A stretch of 64,000 bases of DNA, taken from Scenedesmus sp. PABB004 (taxonomy: Eukaryota). Both the position numbers and the translations under genes were made by a program. The stretch spans positions 372,001 to 436,000 of the forward strand of contig JABVCE010000022.1 of NCBI GenBank assembly GCA_014905635.1. The letters are read 5' to 3'. Below, piece by piece: positions 60,065 through 64,000 of this stretch. How positions within the stretch are numbered: the stretch's first letter is position 1; each line of letters begins with the position of its first letter. The notes under the pieces were generated by a model. The model was not told the DNA's origin, did not search any database, and was given only the letters and a program-made list of their open reading frames with translations.

Positions 60065-60875
60065 GCGGCGCGCGGGGGCGACGCGACGCGCGCCGCGCGC
60101 CCCGAGGGAGGCAATAAACCGCGCGGCGCCTCGGCAGCGGGCCGCCGCCGACGCTCGTGCGTCGGCGGCGCATCGGTCGGGCGCCCCTTCCAACGCGCGG
60201 CGCGGCGCGGCCGCCGGCGCACGCCGGCGGCCGCCGGCGCGGCAGCCCGCGGCGCGGCGCGGCGCGGGGGGCGGGCGCGTTTGGTTGGCAGCGGGCGCAT
60301 GAACTTGATTGATTGCGGCGTTTAGGCGTCGGGGCACGGCCTTGGCCCGGGCACGCGCACACATCCCTGCCCCGCCGCCGCGCACTGTGTTTGTGCTCTG
60401 TGTACTCTTGCCGACCGCCCTGGCCCAGGGTGATCAATGGTGTGTGCATGTCGAGGGGGGAGGGACGCCGCGCGCGGCGCGGCGCTGCGCGCTGCCGGCC
60501 CGGCAGCGGCCGCCCCGGGGTGTCAAGAGCGGGCGGGGCTGCGCGCGACCATCACGGCGCGCCCGGCTGCCGGTCTGGGCGTGCGACCGCGCACGAGTTG
60601 TGCTGGGGGCTGCGCCGGCGCCGCACAGGCGCCGGGCGGGAGCAGCAACGACGGACGAGGCCCGCGCATGCGCGGGCCCATAGCGACTCGCCTCGGAAGG
60701 GCTTCACGGCAGGTAATGCTGCCGATGTCGCTGGCCGCGCAGCGATCGAGGGCGGCGCGGTGCTGCAGCGTGCGGCCAGGCCCGGCGGTCACACAGCTAG
60801 CAGTGTCGCGCCTCTCGCACCAAGGGGGGGGGGGGCAACTCTCAGCTTGCCTGGCCACAGCTCACGACCGAGTGA

Positions 60876-63608
60876 TCACGGCGGCACAGCAACACGCGCG
60901 CGGCGCGGCGCGTTGGCGGGCGCGCTCGCGTTGGCGGGCGCGCTCGCGTTGGAGTCGAATGCCGCCACCGCGGGAGCCGGCGGCGCGCGCGTCGCGCCCT
61001 TGACTGTCGCGGCCGGCTCGCAGTCGAGCCACGCGGCGCCTGCCGGGTGTCGCAGGCGCGCACGCATGCGGGGGCGGGTCGCGCGTGCGGTGGCGGGGCT
61101 CAGCGGCAGCCCCAGGCCTGGGCGGCAGCACCGCGCGCGTGGCCAGCCCGCGCCGGCGCACCTGGGTACGCGCGGGACGGCGTGGCCGCTGCGCAGCTGG
61201 TCGCGCCGGCCGTGTAGCAAAAGAACGTGGGGTCGCCAAAGTCCAGGCCGTGCTGCCGGCAGCCCGCCAGGCCGACCGCCACGCCGCCGCTCGTGCCGTC
61301 GGCGGAGCAGGCGCAGGGGTCGGTGCGGCTGGCGGCGCCTGGGCCCGGCGGCGGCGCCGCCGGCGCGGGTGCGGGCGTCGCCGCCGGCGCCGGCGCGGGC
61401 GCGGGCGCCGGTGCGGGCGCCGCCGCCGGCGGCGGCGCCGGGGCGGCGATGCTGACCGTCACGCCGTCGCCGCTGGCGGCGGGGCTGAGCCCAGCGGTGA
61501 GGGGCTCGTACGAGACGCCCTGGGCCTGGCGGCGCGCGCGCGCGGCGGCCGCGGCGGCGGCGGCGGCGCGGAGCGGGTGACGATGGCCAGGGGCTGAGCG
61601 CGCGGCGCCAGCCTCGGTGAGGCTCGATGATTGAGCTGGCGCGGCGCGCACCAGCAGCTCGCTGCCGATGAAGCGACTAAAGGCAGAGACGTCAGTGTAC
61701 ACCCCCGGCGTGTCGGGCCGCCCGCAGCCGACGCCGTAGCTCACGATGCCGACCTGCGGGCGCGGCGGGCGCGGCGGCGCGCCGCCGCCAGCGCGCCCTC
61801 GGCCTCGGCCGGCCGGCCGGCCAGGCGCAGCTGCGGCTGCAGCCTCGCCCCCGCCCCGGGGCGCAGCGCGGCGCGGCGGCTCCCGCGCCTGCACGTCGCG
61901 CTCCGGCGCGCCGCCCTCGACGATGAGGGGCCCGCCGCTGTCGCCCTGGCACGCGTCGGCGCCGCCGCCAGGCAGGCCCGCGCAGAGCTGGGTCGCGGCG
62001 ATCGCGCCCGAATACGTCGCGCCGCACTGCGCGGCGCTCGACACGTTGACGCGCACGCTCAGGAGCGAGGGCGCGTTGCCGGCGCCCTCCGCCTGCGCGC
62101 CCCAGCCCATCACCGTCACCGGCGCGCCCACCGGCGGCCGCTCGCCCTCTGCGGCGCGCGCGCGCGACCGGCGTGGGGCGGGGCATGCGCCGCGCGCGTT
62201 GCGCGCTGCGCGCTGCAGGGGCCGCCGCTCGGGGCCGCGCTGCGGGGCCGGCCCCGGGCCGCCCATGCGGCGGCGCGCACCGCGGGCGAGCGCGACGGGC
62301 GCGAAGCGCGAGGCGCCGGCGAGGAAGCAGAGGGCGACGTCGTTGGTGCCGGCGTCGAAGCTCCACCCCGCGTGCACGACGCTCGTCGCGCAGCGCAGGC
62401 GGTCGTAGTCGTTGCCGCCGGTTGCGTTGGGCGCGGTCAGCCAGTAGCGGCCCACCTGCGCGGCGCGCGCGGCGACAGGGCGCGTGAGCCTGCGGAGGCT
62501 CGGCAGCGCGCTCTGGTCAAGGCCGCGGGCGCGGGGCCGCCGCCGCCGACCGCCCCGCCCCGCCCCGCGCCCCCGCGGGCCGCGCCTCGACCCAGGGGTT
62601 GCGCAGCGCTGGGTCGTCGTGGTCGAGGCAGTGCGCCGCTGTGAGCACCACACTCGGCGCGATCACTGCGCGGCGCACGTCGCGGCGGCGCGCGCGTCGG
62701 CGGCGGCGGCGCGCGGTGGGCTGACGCGCACACACGGCGCGCCTCGCGGCGCCGCGCGCCCAGCCCGCGCCGCGCACGCGAGCAGCCGCAGTAGTGCGAG
62801 TCGTCAGCCGTCCTCAGCGAGCAGGCCCACTTGAACCTGGGCGCGGCCCGTCGCGCGCGCGCGCGGCGTGTGTGAGCTGGCTGCGGCCAGCCCCCGCGCT
62901 GCGCCGCTGGCGCTCCAGCGCGCTGGCAGCAGCGAGGTGGGGGAGGAGGAGGAGCTGGGGGGCGCGGGCGATGACTGGCCGAGCGGACCAGCGTGCGCGC
63001 GCGCGCGCGCCGGCGCGCCGGCCCGCCGGCGCCGCCGCGCGCCTGTCGATGGGCGCCTCCACGCCGCCCACGATCCTGAACGGCGGCGGCGGCAGCTCCT
63101 CGCGCGCGGGCCCGGGCGGCGCCGGGGCCTCGCGGCTGCTGCCCGCAAACGCGGCGCGCGCCGAGAGCGCGGTGGTGGCCGACCAGGACGCCACAGACGC
63201 GACGGCCGCGAGGCGGCGGCGCCAGCGCGGCGCGCCCTCGGGCGCGGGCAGCGCGTGCAGCAGCAGGGGCGCGCTGCCGCCCAGGTCGAGGAGGGCGCCC
63301 GCGACGTACGCCAGCGTGCCGCGGCCGCACAGCGCGCGCAGCTCGGCGGCCGCGGCGCGCGGCCGCGCGGCCGCCGCGTGCGCGGCCAGGCGCGCGGCGC
63401 GCGCCCGCGCGCCGCGGCGCGCGGGCGCGAGGTCGTTCAGCAGCCCGGCGAGCGTTGCGCGGCGCGCGAACTGCGCGGCCGCCCAGGCGTCGGCCGGCGG
63501 CGGCGCCGCTCGCGGCGGCGCGGCGGCCGCAGCGCTGGCCGCAGTGGCGAGCAGGCAGAGGGCGACCGGCAGGAGCGCCGCAGCGGTGAAGCGGCACCGG
63601 CGGGCCAT
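60876..63608 (-). CDS. Secreted trypsin-like serine protease (S1A) with long pro-region and C-terminal Cys-rich module
   Basis: Signal MARRCRFTAAALLPVALCLLATAASA; activation site FR^IVGG; HYCGCSLIAP, LTAAHC, NDVAL, DACQGDSGGP, SYGVGCG, PGVYTDV. Confidence 0.93.
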
Positions 63609-64000
63609 GCTGCGGGGCGCGTAAGCGGGGCGCGGGCGCGGGCTCTCGGCGCGTGCTCTCGGCGCCTGCGCGTGGAGCGGATGACGCGGTGAATTTGGGC
63701 AGCAGACAGCGGGCAAGGGGCGAGCGCACCTTGGCCGGCAGGTGCTGCGCCGGGTGGCGGCCAAGACCCCAACCGCCGCGCTCCGCCGCCGCGCCGCCGG
63801 CGGCGCGCCCCGCCGCTCGCGTGCGCCACACGCTGCGCCAGGCGGGTCACCGTGGATGCTCGCGGGCGGGCACGGCGCCCGATCGCGCGCGCGCGCGGGC
63901 CCTTGGCCGGGCCGGACGGGCGCGCGCAACGCCAGGTGACCGCGCGGCGCGCTGGCGCCGCGCGTTAGATCGGGCAGCGAACTGGGAAGCGCCGTCCGGC

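Noticed and set aside
1..64000. tRNA, rRNA or snRNA genes
   Set aside because: None recognisable by eye; tRNAscan-SE and Infernal would be needed to exclude them.

Overview
Gene-dense, intron-rich nuclear DNA of a eukaryote with extreme GC content (about 80% by eye), most consistent with a chlorophyte green alga (species not determinable here). Nearly all long Arg/Ala/Gly/Pro ORFs in the track are GC artefacts or antisense shadows, so genes were assembled exon by exon. About 18 genes are supported: Listerin/LTN1 (truncated at the left edge), AAGAB/p34-like, NAD kinase, BAT1-like amino-acid permease, a J-domain+Zn-finger+CS-like co-chaperone, a plastid-type RGG-repeat tail-anchored protein, a MaoC double-hotdog hydratase, SRFR1/TTC13, SAP30BP, GST, a LUX/PCL1-like GARP factor, a CG9801-like PP2C-fold protein, IMPACT, a hypothetical protein, a subtilisin, a GAF+multi-TM protein, serine decarboxylase and a trypsin. 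The best non-coding signals are (1) a ~1 kb near-perfect inverted repeat (37856-40101) filling the space between the divergent LUX-like and PP2C-like genes and duplicating a 5'-UTR splice donor, (2) a ~0.9 kb direct duplication carrying a palindromic TATA and G-boxes (48224-50617), (3) very frequent GC-AG introns, and (4) degenerate telomere-type repeats in introns. Several single-base frameshifts in conserved genes look like consensus errors. Coordinates were read by hand; some starts are approximate.
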